Below are positions 13,901 to 26,519 of a DNA stretch of 64,000 bases, piece after piece (position 1 is the first letter of the stretch; every line of letters begins with the position of its first letter). Under the pieces are notes generated by a model. That model made no database searches, was not told the origin of the DNA, and was given only the letters and a program-made list of their open reading frames with translations. Where the stretch lies: positions 12,400,001 through 12,464,000 of the forward strand of contig CM060734.1 of the NCBI GenBank assembly GCA_030704615.1, in the 5' to 3' direction. Position numbers and translations under genes: made by a program. The stretch comes from Takakia lepidozioides (taxonomy: Eukaryota > Plantae > Bryophyta).

Positions 13901-16900
13901 ATGTTCATGGTCAAGTTCTAGAACTTTGTTTCTGTGTTTTTTGCACTTACCGTTTATCCCATGGTTTGATGAGGTGTTTCTGTTCATTTCAGGAACCGGC
14001 TGAGGCTGCTGACCCAATTCTTGGAGCATCTAGTGAGTGAGGGAAGTCAAGATGTGCATGTGCACAATGCTTTGGGTAAGATAATTATTGACACCAACAA
14101 CAACCCCGAGCACTTCCTCACCACCAACCCATATTATGATTCTCGCGTGGTGGGCAAGTACTGTGAGAAGCGTGACCCAACCCTTGCGGTTGTGGCCTAC
14201 CGACGTGGCCAATGCGATGATGAGCTTGTCAATGTCACCAACAAGAACTCTCTCTTCAAGCTTCAGGCTAGGTGAGCATATGATTCCCGTCTTTGTAGCG
14301 GTGGTCCTATCGAAGATGGAAGTACCAGAAACTTTAATCTTGTAAGCATGTATTGGATAACAGACGCCAATAACCAGTTGAGAAACATTGGGTCAGACCA
14401 AGTGTTCTGTTTGATTAGTCATACCAGGGACTTGAATCTAAGCTGCATAGTGTTGACTGGAAAAGCTGATCACATGTACTGGTGTTCTTGAAGGTATGTG
14501 GTGGAACGCATGGAACCGGATCTGTGGTTGAAGGTTCTCAATCCAGAGAATCCCTTCAGGCGGCAGCTTATTGATCAAGTTGTGTCCACGGCACTGCCAG
14601 AGAGCAAGAGTCCAGAACAGGTCTCTGCCACTGTGAAGGCTTTCATGACTGCTGATTTACCCCATGAGTTGATAGAGTTACTTGAGAAAATTGTTCTCCA
14701 AAATTCCGCCTTCAGTGGCAACCCCAACCTTCAAAACTTGCTTATTCTTACAGCTATCAAGGCTGACAAATCGCGGGTCATGGATTACATCAACCGGCTG
14801 GATAACTTTGATGGTCCAGCAGTGGGTGAAATAGCTGTCGGGGCAGAGCTGTATGAGGAGGCTTTTGCTATCTTCAAGAAGTTCAACCTCAACGTGCAGG
14901 CAGTCAATGTGCTTTTGGATAACATTCGCAGCATTGAACGAGCTGTAGAGTTCGCAGGTCGCATAGAAGAGGATGAAGTGTGGAGCCAGGTGGGAAAAGC
15001 ACAGTTAAGGGAGGGGCTCGTCAGTGATGCCATTGAGTCCTTCATTCGTGCAAATGATGCCACTCAGTTTAATGAGGTGATCAATGAAGCTCAGAAGGTC
15101 AGGGCCTTTGAGGATCTGGTCAAGTACTTGCTGATGGTGCGCAAGAAGGTGAAGGAGCCCAAGGTGGACTCTGAGTTGATCTATGCCTATGCCAAGATTG
15201 ATCGACTGGGAGAGATTGAGGAGTTCATTGTCCAGCCCAATGTTGCCAACTTGCAGAACGTTGGGGACCGTCTCTTTGATGAAGCACTCTATGAGGCTGC
15301 CAAGATCATCTTCACTCACATTTCCAACTGGAGCCGCCTTGCAAGTACACTTGTGAAGCTGCGCCAATTCCAAGCAGCGGTGGATGCTGCCCGGAAGGCC
15401 AATAGCTCCAAGACGTGGAAGGAAGTATGCTTTGCCTGTGTTGATGCAGAGGAGTTCCGGCTGGCTCAAATTTGCGGTCTCAATGTCATTGTCCAGGTAT
15501 GTATTGAAGTTGTAGTGTCTGCTAAATATTGTGCAGCAATGTGGCCTTATGTTGTTTGTTTCAGTCTTGATGGAAGCTCTCAACTCTCAGGTCATGTAAC
15601 AACTCTGGTTTGTACAAATTCTTCCTCTGAGAATCAGTACAGGCTACCTGAACTGTTAATGTTGCAAAAGTGTTCGAGAAAATTAAGGGAATTTGTTGTT
15701 GCAATGTGGGTCCAGGTCGACGATTTGGAAGAGGTGAGCGACTACTACCAGAACAAGGGTCGCTTTGATGAGCTTATTACATTGATGGAGAGTGGACTAG
15801 GCCTGGAGCGCGCCCACATGGGTATTTTCACAGAGCTTGGAACTCTGTATGCTAAGTACCGGCCAGACAAGCTGATGGAGCACCTCAAACTCTTTTCCAC
15901 GCGCATTAACATCCCAAAGCTCATCCGTGTGTGCGACGAGCAACAGCACTGGAAGGAGCTTACGTACCTGTACATCCAATACGATGAATATGACAATGCA
16001 GCTGCGACCATAATGAGTCATTCCCCAGAGGCCTGGGACCACATGCAGTTTAAGGATGTGTCTGTCAAGGTGGCAAATGTGGAGCTTTACTATAAGGCCG
16101 TACATTTCTATCTACAGGAGCATCCGGATCTCATCAACGATCTATTGAATGTCTTAGCTGCACGTGTGGACCATACCCGCGTGGTGGATATCATGCGCAA
16201 GGTGTGCTCTCTTTGGCTGCTGCTTGTTACTTGATGTCTTTGCCTTATCTAGGTGTCCTGACCATCTTTGCACCCTGTAATTCACTAATTATAGTCTAGT
16301 GTGCCCTTTCACTCAAGAACACTCATGGTTCAGTCTGCTCCAATGCTTATGGTTGGTTTTAAAAAACATTGTGCAGGCTGGACATTTGCCGCTTGTGAAG
16401 CCATATATGGTGGCAGTTCAGAGCAGCAACATGGCCGCTGTGAATGAGGCTCTAAATGAGCTTTATATTGAGGAGGAGGATTATGACCGACTCAGGGAGT
16501 CGATTGACATGTATGATAACTTTGATCAGATATCTTTGGCACAAAGGGTAAGGTTATCTTTCTTGCTATTATATTTGTTCTTTTCGCTGGATATTCTAAG
16601 GTTGATAGGATTTCATCCATATTTTTTACCAATAGAGAATTTTTATTAAACAGGGAAAGAGGCCCTGGAAAGTTCCTTTTAACTCCTTCAGGAAAACCAC
16701 CGGAAAAATAAAGATTTACACACCTGGAAAGGGCAAGGTCAACAAACAGGATGAGTAGCTTTAGACCAAAGGCCAGGCCGAGGATGACCCAAAGTTTGTC
16801 AAGGATTGATCCTGGGCCCTTTAAAGGGGGCCACACATTTGTTGCTTTGTGAGGTTCAGAAATAGTTATGCTCAAACTTGAGATGAGGCTTGCTTGTGTT

Positions 16901-18356
16901 GGCTCTTAATGGATCAAAAGAAGAAAACATTTAACTCGGCCTTCACGCTTTTCAGGTCTAACCCCTTCCCACTTGTTAATGACAGGTTGAGAAGCATGAG
17001 CTTCTGGAAATGCGACGGATTGCAGCTTACATTTACAAGAAGGCTGGAAGGTGGCGCCAATCTGTTGCACTCTCTAAGAAAGATAACTTGTACAAGGATG
17101 CCATGGAGACGACGTCCCAATCCGGGGACCGTGAACTTGCGGAAGAGTTACTTACATTCTTTGTGGATCAGGTATTAAAATGTTCTGATCTAAAATTAAC
17201 CCTCAGTGTTGTTTTCAAGATCACCCTCACTTGTTGGGCTTGTGGGCTTCCCGAAAGATTTGTCACTTGTGTCTGAAGAAGGCATTCACGTAGTGTATAG
17301 AAATTGTGACCTATTTTTTTGAGAGTATCTTTCTGTAGGGTGGGATAACACCATGTTTACTGGGATGATTTTTTATTTTGGTTGCGCAGGGCAAGAAGGA
17401 GTGCTTTGCAGCATGCTTGTACACCTGTTATGACCTCATTCGTGCTGATGTGGCTTTGGAGCTGGCCTGGATGAACAACATTATGGACTTTGCCTTCCCC
17501 TACTTGCTACAGGTATGTTGCATGTGTATTCTGGGCTACAGTAGTGTTGCTTGTTATGTGCGCCCATAACCACCAACATTGGCACTTCGTTCTCTTTACA
17601 ATTTCCTTTGAAGAGGAGAGCCAAAGACAAACCTGCCAGCAAACTCACAATCAACACAACCCACAGCATCGCAACAACAATCAATCAGCAAAGGAAAAAT
17701 CACCTTGTGTTGATTTCACTCATGTCTTTGCGATGCTGTATAGTACCTTGTTTTAAGTTAGCTGGCACAGTTGTCTGTGTCATCCATTTGTCACGGCCTA
17801 TCTGGTCCATATCAACGTAACAAGATATTTTGCATGACTGTTTGTCAGTTCTTGCGGGAGTACTCAACAAAGGTGGATGACTTGGTCAAGGACAAGCAGG
17901 AAGCACTCCTAGTGATGAAGTCCAAAGAAATGGAAGAGAAGGATCTAGTCGCACAATCGGTACAATCTGTTACTTCAATTGTGCCTCCCAGTGTTTTCAT
18001 GGATAGAAGAAATCACATGCTGTTCCATTTGAAATCTTCATGATATGCATTGATAATCAGCTGCACCTGTCTTTTTATTTGTTTGGAGGAAGTTTCCTAC
18101 AGGAATATGGCTTGCTTCCTCACAGTTTTTGGTTTATAATGCTTACAATGAATGGATGTGGGGTCACTGTGAAAGGCTTATGGCTCTCAGTCAGTCTGAA
18201 GACCATGTGTATTGTATGCAGAATATGTACGCACAGCTTTTGCCGTTAGCTCTACCTGCTCCCCCCATGCCTGGGATCGGTGGGGCCTATGATGGCGGTA
18301 TGCCAGCATATGGGGGTATGCCAGCCTATGGCATGCCACCTGTTGGAGGCTACTAA
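4980..18356 (+). CDS. CHC: Clathrin heavy chain, about 30 coding exons
   Basis: GT-AG exons: 4980-5024, 5350-5554, 5843-5931, 6123-6201, 6342-6469, 6742-6840, [6989-7097 or 7149-7257], 7763-7842, 8086-8313, 8579-8644, 8888-9004, 9427-9624, 10120-10236, 10447-10506, 10632-10718, 10997-11080, 11189-11323, 11583-11645, 12007-12111, 12494-12606, 12814-13066, 13631-13767, 13993-14271, 14494-15496, 15716-16201, 16377-16547, 16986-17171, 17390-17512, 17849-17959, 18222-18356. Peptides [40 protein letters not shown] and [15 protein letters not shown] are typical of plant CHC. Confidence 0.97.
6989..7097 (+). CDS. CHC: CHC alternative exon 7a ([36 protein letters not shown])
   Basis: Flanked by tgcAG and GTct. 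It is 109 nt, open in the required frame, and homologous to exon 7b. Confidence 0.85.
7149..7257 (+). CDS. CHC: CHC alternative exon 7b ([36 protein letters not shown])
   Basis: Flanked by cccAG and GTtg. It is 109 nt with the same phases as 7a. Confidence 0.9.
16620..16880 (-). mobile_element. Probable LINE 3'-end remnant inside a CHC intron
   Basis: The reverse complement contains cggcctggcctttggtct and cagggcctctttccctgtt followed by AATAAA and an A-run, resembling 42305-42383 and the tail at 4672-4744. Confidence 0.45.
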
Positions 18357-19916
18357 GAGGGCTCTGTCCCAATGTGACATGACGTACATGTGGTTATGCC
18401 TCGTGCTGTATATGCAAGTATTGGAACGTTTGAGATGGCCTTGGTGGATCACAGCTGGAGCATACTGGTCCCAGGATTTTTTTTGTATGGTGGAATTAGT
18501 GCTAGATTAGTGTTGCAACAGCATGTTCTTTGAGTAGGTGGGGGGGGGAGGTGGGTAGTATTGATGGTATAAGATGGGCCCTGTGGGTCGCCATTTGTTT
18601 GTTGGGTTATCATGCCACGTGATTACAGGTAGGGTGGTTGGGGCTTTTGTGGAAAGTAAGCTTGCATGGCATTGATAGATCGTAGGTAGGAGCGTTCATA
18701 TCCGTGCTATTGCAACCATAGAGAGGGAGAGCTGCAGCAGCCTTCTCTTTATGTAAAGAGATCATTGTCATGGCTATGGTTCTTTTGCCAGTCGTGTGCA
18801 CATGTGGTAGTTGATGGGATAGATGTTTTTGCACCAAGAATCACCAACAGAATGTATATATCAAAGATACCAAGATTCCCCCAACCGAGATGGAGTGCGA
18901 AGAACGAGGGTGACGCCAACAGAGATGCTGTCACACCCAAGACAACATTATGTATACATTAGTAGGTTACTATTGTACCCTACTTGGGTGCCCTTGTCAG
19001 AAAATGGAAGACTAGGAATAATGTAAGAACTTAATGGATGCATGCGATTTGACGGTACTTTTGCCGGATTCCGGCAGACTGGGCTCCTCCGGCGGGGTCC
19101 CTGTCAAATCCACCCCACCCCCTTGTGAAGACTCATTTCGTGCTCAAGAGAGTATGCACCTTTCCTCTTGAATGAGCAACTTAAGCAAAGGGGGTAAACA
19201 AGGAAGAGTGGGCTACACTGCACGAGGAGAATCAACGCGTTAGAACTGAGACACTTTGACATGCACAGAAGCTCGAGCACCTTCATACACTCCCAAATAC
19301 ACGCGCACACAAAGACCCCTCACCCAAGGTCAGGAGGGGGCTTGTACACAAACCCTAAAGAGCTCACGGCCTGCCGCGTGGCGAGGCGCTAGACGCCAGC
19401 CACGCGGCGTCTTTTCTACACACACTATCCTGCAAACAGTCCAGATCGAGCCAGCGGCTAAACTAACCCTAACCAAACTATGATTGTAACATAAACTAAT
19501 GGTACAATCGCCGAGAAAATATGAGGATGGATGAGATATAACTAATGGATGAAATAGGTAACTTAGGGCATAGGAGAGAATGGGGCTTCACATCTTTGAA
19601 GACTATCCCCCGGGAAAAACCTGAGCTCCGTGAGGTAAAATAATGAAAATGAAGTGTTTAATGTTTGTTAAAATCGCCCTCCACTGCTGGGTGAAAAACC
19701 TACCAAGGGAAAACCTAGCACCTGCAAGTTGGGCCGAGGGCAAAACCCTTCGATAGGAAAACCGTGCATGGTGATTTATCTGAAGTCCAAAAAATATCTA
19801 AGGACTAAAATATCAAAGCCGCAGCCTAAGACTAAGCCGAAGAAGATCCAGAAATCACCCCACCGTTCGTCCTTCCACGTTGATGCATGTGAGAACAAAA
19901 ACCAATTCAGAATGCA

Positions 19917-20340
19917 CTAGATCAGTGAGAGAAACAGGTTCATCATGCGCTTGAACAATAGGCCCCTGGGGAAGAAGGAGAGCACGTTGCCCACGTAAAA
20001 TTTGATAAACAAGTATGGACCGTCGATCTTGAGCTTGGACTTGCGTGCATGCTTACCACGCTGCAATCTAAGGCACACGGTCTGTCCCACTTGAAACATA
20101 TTAGAATACTTGACATGTTTGTTAAAATTCATGGATGGACACCACGTGTCGAGCATGAACTTCCTCAATGAAGGTATCTAGATTAACCAGATCAGAAACA
20201 GTGGAGATAAGCGGGGAAGAATGCAAAGGAGAACAGATTTGCGACCATACAGTAATTCAAAACGAGTCTTCTTAGTGCTAGCATGACGGCGGTGCGATAA
20301 GCAAAGAAAATGTTTGCACTGCATATAAGAGGTAGACAAT
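19917..20340 (-). mobile_element. Degenerate Gypsy integrase C-terminal fragment
   Basis: TRFELLYGR and FQVGQTVCLR...SKLKIDGPY (GPY/F-like motif). Confidence 0.55.
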
Positions 20341-20369
20341 GGGTTTAGCGAAGGAATCAAGATGATCTT

Positions 20370-20796
20370 TATAACAATGGACAAGAGTACAAGATACTGG
20401 AAGTTGACTTGGATACTGGAATGCTGGAAACTGGACTAGAGTACTGGGACTGGAAACAAGAGTAGCTTGAACTTGTGTTGGCGAGACTGAAGAGTGTCCA
20501 ATCTCACCTCCTATATATACTGGCTACTAAGAAGTCTCCTAAGAAGCTTCCCCTATGGAGGTTTCTTGATGGAGAAGTTTCCAAGAGTAAACAAAGGTTT
20601 CTTGATGGAGAAGCTTCTTTAAACTAAGGAGGTATCTTGATGGAGAAGTTTCATCCAAAGGAAGCTTCCTGAGCAGTTTCCCAAGTTACTCTTGGTAATT
20701 TGGTAAACTCCCGGTAACATGATAACTTGATAACTTCTGGTATTTATTCTTGGTAAGTTCCTCTGGGCTATATCAGTGACATCACCTCCTCCTCTA
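20370..20796 (-). mobile_element. LTR preceded by a polypurine tract
   Basis: The minus strand reads the purine tract GAGGAGGAGGTGA and then TGTCACTG. There is a TATA-like tatatatag and internal short repeats (ttcttgatggagaag x3). The far end is approximate. Confidence 0.55.
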
Positions 20797-20819
20797 GCAC
20801 CAAGTTCCTCAAGGAGCGG

Positions 20820-21327
20820 TAAAATCTTGGACTTGCTTAGAGTTGGAGAAAATCCAAAATCCGGCGAATGGTACTTGCCAAGTATTCGGCGAAGATCGTG
20901 TGTGGCTTCTTCAACGGGACATACAAACTTTGCGACCATCAAAGAAGTTGGATTATCAACGCCTGGGACCATTCAAAATTATTCGACAAATAAATCCGGT
21001 CAGTTTTCGGCTTGAACTCCCACGAAGTATGCGCATCCATCCAGTCTTTCATGTTTCATTATTGGAGTTGTATCATCCATCAAATATTCCAGGGAGAGTC
21101 TCCGTACCACCTCCACCAATCGAAGTCAATCAGAAAATTGAGTATGAAGTCGACGAAGTCCTAGACTCTCGCATCAAGTATAAACGTCTTGAGTATTTCG
21201 TACATTGAAAAGGCTACGACATCAGCGAACGAACGTGGGAACCTTCATCCAACCTCGCCAATGCATCTGACAAAGTCCAAGAGTTTCATCAACGATATTC
21301 AGCTAAGCCCCGAGCTACACATCAATA
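20820..21327 (+). mobile_element. Chromovirus integrase C-terminus with GPF motif and chromodomain
   Basis: [13 protein letters not shown]...[10 protein letters not shown]...[11 protein letters not shown]...LEYFVH*KGY...TWEP..NL. Confidence 0.9.
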
Positions 21328-21927
21328 AGACATCACAACGATGATGTCAGCCAAGTTAGCTTCAAGGTGAAGACTCCACATTCAATGTACCTGATACACG
21401 CTAAGGAGGGAGGAGCACCACACATCAGTATATATAGCTACACTTCCAGCACTCTTGCATTTTGTATTGGCAACATGGAGTCACATGAACCAGATACATT
21501 GGAGCTGTCGCTTACCCAACTACCAGATCAGCCGTTCCGACTCTCATGACTTTCAACATCACGCCGACGCTCTCGAGACGATGGGCCACCAATGTGACGC
21601 GTATTTCCTCGTCTGAACCCCGTACGACGGTAAGTGGAGCCTACTCGAAGTCTGATAATTCTGTTGGAGGTTGAGGCTTTGGACCCAGAGGGCAACGAAA
21701 TCATGTTTGAAGACAGCTTCGAAAATCAGAATGCTCAAATCACTGCGTGGTCCCAAGTTCAAGGTGTTTGACACTATCGATGGTTGCAGGAACCTATAAA
21801 TCATTTGAGTCAATGCAGGAATGACTACCTGGTTATGGCTTTGCTCTTTATAGCACCATAAAAAATACCCAATTCTGATATGTTGCTGGTAGATGTTTTG
21901 TCTGAATACCAGGTGGTAAACCCCTGC

Positions 21928-22420
21928 CAAATACCTGCCCCCTTTGGTTTTGTACACATGTTTTACCCAAAACAAGGGGTGGGTAAACACTAAAAGTCTG
22001 ATATAAGATTCTTTCCTGATTGTTACTTTATGACCTTGGGAATTGAGGGTTCTTTCACTGGCCTCTTCTTCCGGTCACCAGAGCTTATATATAAACTAAA
22101 AGGTAAAACTTTACATTTTGATGTATGTGTTGATGTACCTTCGTCTGTGTCACAACTTGCCAACTTGGAACATGCCAATGGCAGAAAAATTCATTGCCTA
22201 AACCTACCCCCATTGGTTTTGTACACATGTGGTACCCAAAAATATGGGCTAGGTAAACACTAAAGGGTTGATAAAAGTTTATTTCCTGTTTGTTGCTTCA
22301 TGAATTTCGGAGTTAAGGTCCCTTCATTGGCCTCATCTTTCCATTATCAGAGCTTATGTGTAGCTAAAAGGTAAAACTCTACATTCTGATGTAATTGTAG
22401 ATGTACCTTTGCTTGTCACG
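21928..22420. repeat. Diverged tandem duplication, period about 270 bp
   Basis: ttggttttgtacacatg...ggtaaacactaaa...cagagcttat...ctaaaaggtaaaact...gatgtacctt occurs twice. Confidence 0.8.
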
Positions 22421-22796
22421 GTTTGTTTTGTTTGTTGACCTTCGAGAGTTGAGATTGTAGGCATGTTTATTTCTATGGTTCCTTTGTAACCAGAAGTAAA
22501 AGCTACAAAGAAGAGGGATGTCATTTATGTGATGGGGTCTGGTATGCACTCATACCACACTCACTCCATAAGGAGCTGCCATACCAGGGGATGGTTGGTG
22601 GGTTCCATCTCTCTCCCTCTCTCTCCCTCCCTCCATGGATCTGGCTGGTTCTCTTAAAACTTGATAGTTTAAGACCAATGGTATGTTACCTAACCCCTAA
22701 TTAACCTTCTTGGAATTTGGTTAATTTCGGTTATTTACATTACCCGGATTTTTGGTATAAGGTCAGGATCCTAATGGAGCCATCCTATTATTTAAT

Positions 22797-22995
22797 TTTT
22801 TCATCCATAAATGGATGTCATCCTCAGAGGATGACACGGATGAAAAAATTGATAGACAATTTCATCCAACGCGGATGAAATCGCGATAGATTTCATCCTG
22901 CGCGGTAGAGTTCATCCCGTGTGATGGATTTTCATCCCGAATGGATGAAATCGTGAGAAATCACGTGGATGAAATCGCAGGAAATCGCGCTTCAT
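22797..22995. repeat. Cluster of GGATGA(A)/TTCATCC motifs, possibly DNA-transposon subterminal repeats
   Basis: About ten copies in both orientations within 200 bp. A similar cluster lies at 36350-36485. Confidence 0.55.
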
Positions 22996-24956
22996 CTCTT
23001 CCCTGCCCTAACCCTCTACACGACGATCGTGCTTAAGGGATGGCTGGAGTTGAGAGATGGTGGCGGGGGGTGCATGGACCTCGATTCAGGCGCCCTTGAA
23101 TGCCATGGAGCTGCACCATTAAGGCATTTAGGTGTTCTGGCAAGATTCAGTACCTTCTTCCCCTCTCGGGGTGCGCAATGGCGGCAGTACCTGCAATTTC
23201 CCTGTGGCGGTTGTCTCTAATGCTTGGCGGGCGATCTACCAAAGACTACTTGGTATTCTTCCACGTCAAGTACAGCTTGGTACTTTCCAAGTTAACATAG
23301 TAAAACTGAACCTGTTTCAAATTCAAAGGATCGTTCCAACATTTGAGCCAAAGAAAAGGAACTCATTCGTATCATAAGGTATCTAAATCTGACATAAGGC
23401 ATCGGCTACATGGGACCGGCAAACAAGAGTAATGTGCACTGACCGGATCATGTATAAGGTGTACACGTCTACTACAGCAGGCTGTCTTACCAAGGCCTAG
23501 CTCAAAATTTCAGCATTCAGAAGCCCTATATATGTTCTATGCTTATCTCAGGTACCTTCAAGGATGCCTTACTCTCCATGCCCAACTAGCCAACATATTT
23601 TTGCTGGAGAAGATCTTACCTTATGAAGGACTTGCTTGCTCCACACCATGGTCATGGCGGGAGAGGAGGCTGATATCTCATGGCTTTGGCCTTCCCATTG
23701 CCTTGGGTTCATCACTTCAATCAGGAACATATTTGATAACCTTTTGTCATGCTCAGACCAAGGTGTTAGTAAATCAAACATAAAACTGAAAACAGAAGGG
23801 AGATTGGTTGATAATGTGTACAAGAACCACCAAGTACACTGGTCTAAATCAGAGAGGGAAGATATTTATGTCTTGTCGAGACATGGACAAAGACTTGACA
23901 AGGTCATTGTAAAATTAACGACAAATCAGCCTCATAACAAGGCATTATCAACCATTCTTCATTCACAAGTCAGCTTTATGACAAATCCCAGACTTCAAAG
24001 TCAATGAAGTCTCTGGGTGGGGGGGTGGGAAAAATTAGAGACTCGATTACCACTGTTCATAGTAGGAAACCATTGTTCAGCATGCTAAGAAGTGCCATTC
24101 ATGACATGCCATGTCATTCAGTCTGTATTTTTTGGTCAGCTTACATACCAAGGCATAACCAACCATCCTCATTTATTGTTGGCCCAAAAACTAGTATAGT
24201 TTTGGGTTCTTTGTATCATTGGACATACCAAAGTCAATGCAGGAATGACTGTACCAAAATGGACGTTACCGGCACAATTTTAGATGACTGCAATTGATGG
24301 TGTCATCAATTTTTTTTAATTAACCCATTAAAACCAGCAAATATATATATCATTGGATTCCTAGCTTCAATACACACACATAGCAACTCTCCAATCATGA
24401 ATCCGATAAGAAATGACAACGTTATTGACTTTTGAAGATCATACAGTGGGCTTGTTTCTGCAATGAACGGAATTACAATGGACTCAAGAAGTCCTATGTG
24501 CCATTGGTCAATTCCATTGAAATTTGGACATAAGGTGGCCATTTTGGTCCACATCATAGGTATGGATTTGAAGTGGCAAACTCATTTGTCATTTGACTCA
24601 TATGGATTAATGTATATCAAAAAATAGGCGTTTTTTGAAAAGTCCATAGCTCATCTTGGTTTTTGGATTATGGGTGTCATTGTTTTTCTAGAAGTATTAA
24701 AACCTATAATCTTCAATGTCTAGGTGGCATATTGACAAAAAAAATTAAACTCTAATTTTTAGTTTTTGATAATTTCTCTAAGTAATAGACTAAAATATTT
24801 AATAAAATATATCTTTAATATTTAGGGTAGGACTCTTTACTAAATATGTTCAGTATACCATTATCTATCACTAAAAAAATATTTTGGATAGTATCCTCAA
24901 CTTTTGTTTTTTTGTCATAGACTTTCATGGACTTGGATCTGTCGTTTTTGGTCCAC

Positions 24957-26140
24957 TCAACCTTGTTGCCCAGCTGCCCAGCTGCTAGTATTGTTGGTAT
25001 GTAGCTTGGTTTCTTGTAAGAGAATAATGTGCGGGGGCGTGGAGTCTGTGAGAAGGTGGATTAGACTTTGGATACTAGTGGCCAGAGAGCAGACGATCCA
25101 GGTGGTGATATTGAGGTCATTTGAGTGTGGTTCGGTAGTGGTTGGGGTATGGTTGGAGGGACGGATGGTGTGGGCGCCCAGACATGGGTTGGCATGGGCT
25201 GTGGGGGTTTGGGGTGGTGGCGGCGCAGGTGGAAGTTGGAATCTAGGGAGGGAAGTGACGGCACTAAGAGTAGCAGAGAGGATGTTCTCGGATAGGAATG
25301 GGAATTTATTAGTGATGGTTTGGTAATCTTGATCTGGTGTTGTAAGAGTAGTTAGGTGGTCGCCTAGTATTTTGTGTACCACACCGGAGTTAGATTGTAG
25401 AAGATTGAGCAATGTATGTAGTTCGGATAAGCAATGTGGAGGGGCCAAGTAGTTATTGGGGTGCGGAGGCAGTTCTTGTAGATTACGTAGGAGGAAGTGG
25501 ATTTCAGAGTCTAGTTGGGATTCCAAATATTTGTTGCATGTATCCGGTAGTGGGGAGATGATAACAATAAGGGAGAAGATAAGGTGTTGTGTAGGGTATG
25601 ATTTGAATTTTTTAGAGGCTTTAATAAGTGCTGCGTATAGGCAAGTGGGGAGACCGAAGGTGGCAATGATGTGTGTCAGTCCGCTGGTGTGTAGGGGTAG
25701 TGGCTAGTGGTTTGGAGAGGAAAGGAGTGAAGTGGTCAGAGCGGTGTTGGTAAGCATGGGTAAGGGATAGGGTATTCTGTTTAAGTATAGCGCGTATCAT
25801 TCTTGGGGGTCCACAGGGAGTTGGCTAATAATGTCGTCGATAGTAGGGGGTCCAAGGTTTCGGTGGATGTCCCCACACCTGAGTAGCGTGAGTGTTATGC
25901 ATATGTTTAGGTACAAGTTGTTTGGTAAGGGGGGATGATGGTGATAATGTTTAGATTTCAAGGGGTGTTGATGGTAACGTCCGTGTGGACTATGGGTAAT
26001 AATGAGGGACTTGATATACATGACATGGGATATCTTGGGTAAACGAGGGTTTGTGGTATGTGGTCAAGGACTATGGGGCTAGGGCTTTAACAAAGGATGA
26101 GGGTGGAGCTGGTGGTCGATGAGTGTATGGGGGAGTCGTA
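24957..26140 (-). mobile_element. LINE fragment: N-terminal region with 2A-like motif and start of the APE domain
   Basis: ITTWIVCSL...PPHIILLQETKLH (APE motifs I/II), homologous to 26540-27170 on the + strand. LLRCGDIHRNLGP lies at 25848-25886. Confidence 0.8.
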
Positions 26141-26519
26141 TAATAAAGAATTTAAGAGCATTTGATTTTGTATTTCGTCATTAGCAAAATATTTAGGTGG
26201 CAATGATTTGTGGCATGTAACTGTGAGATAATGTAGCTAAGTACTTGAGAGATATTTCTTGTGTGATACATCTGTGAAGATGGTGTAATGGGTTGTGTCC
26301 AAGTACTGTATTTGAATAATATAACTGAATGGGCAGCAATAGCTGCTCAGTCACTCCCCCCCCCACCTTTTTTTTTGTTTTTTTTTCCTCATCTGTCCCT
26401 CTCTCTCTCCCTCTGTCCCTCCTCTCTCTCCCCCTCTATCCCTCTCTCTCCCTCTCTTTTCTGCTCACAAAAAAAAAAAACCAAAGAGGGAAGATATACA
26501 TGTCATGTCAAGACATGGA

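Noticed and set aside
14498-16234. 578-aa ORF as a single exon with an insertion in CHC
   Set aside because: It reads through a stop-free GT-AG intron (15497-15715) whose translation is not clathrin-like.
19022-19592. Solo LTR (TGTAAG...CTTCACA)
   Set aside because: No TSD, PBS, PPT or second copy is visible, so it cannot be supported.
22797-22995. CRISPR-like array
   Set aside because: Short motifs in mixed orientation with irregular spacing, in a eukaryotic context with no cas genes.
23500-24620. hAT transposase remnant
   Set aside because: No diagnostic motifs could be read with confidence.
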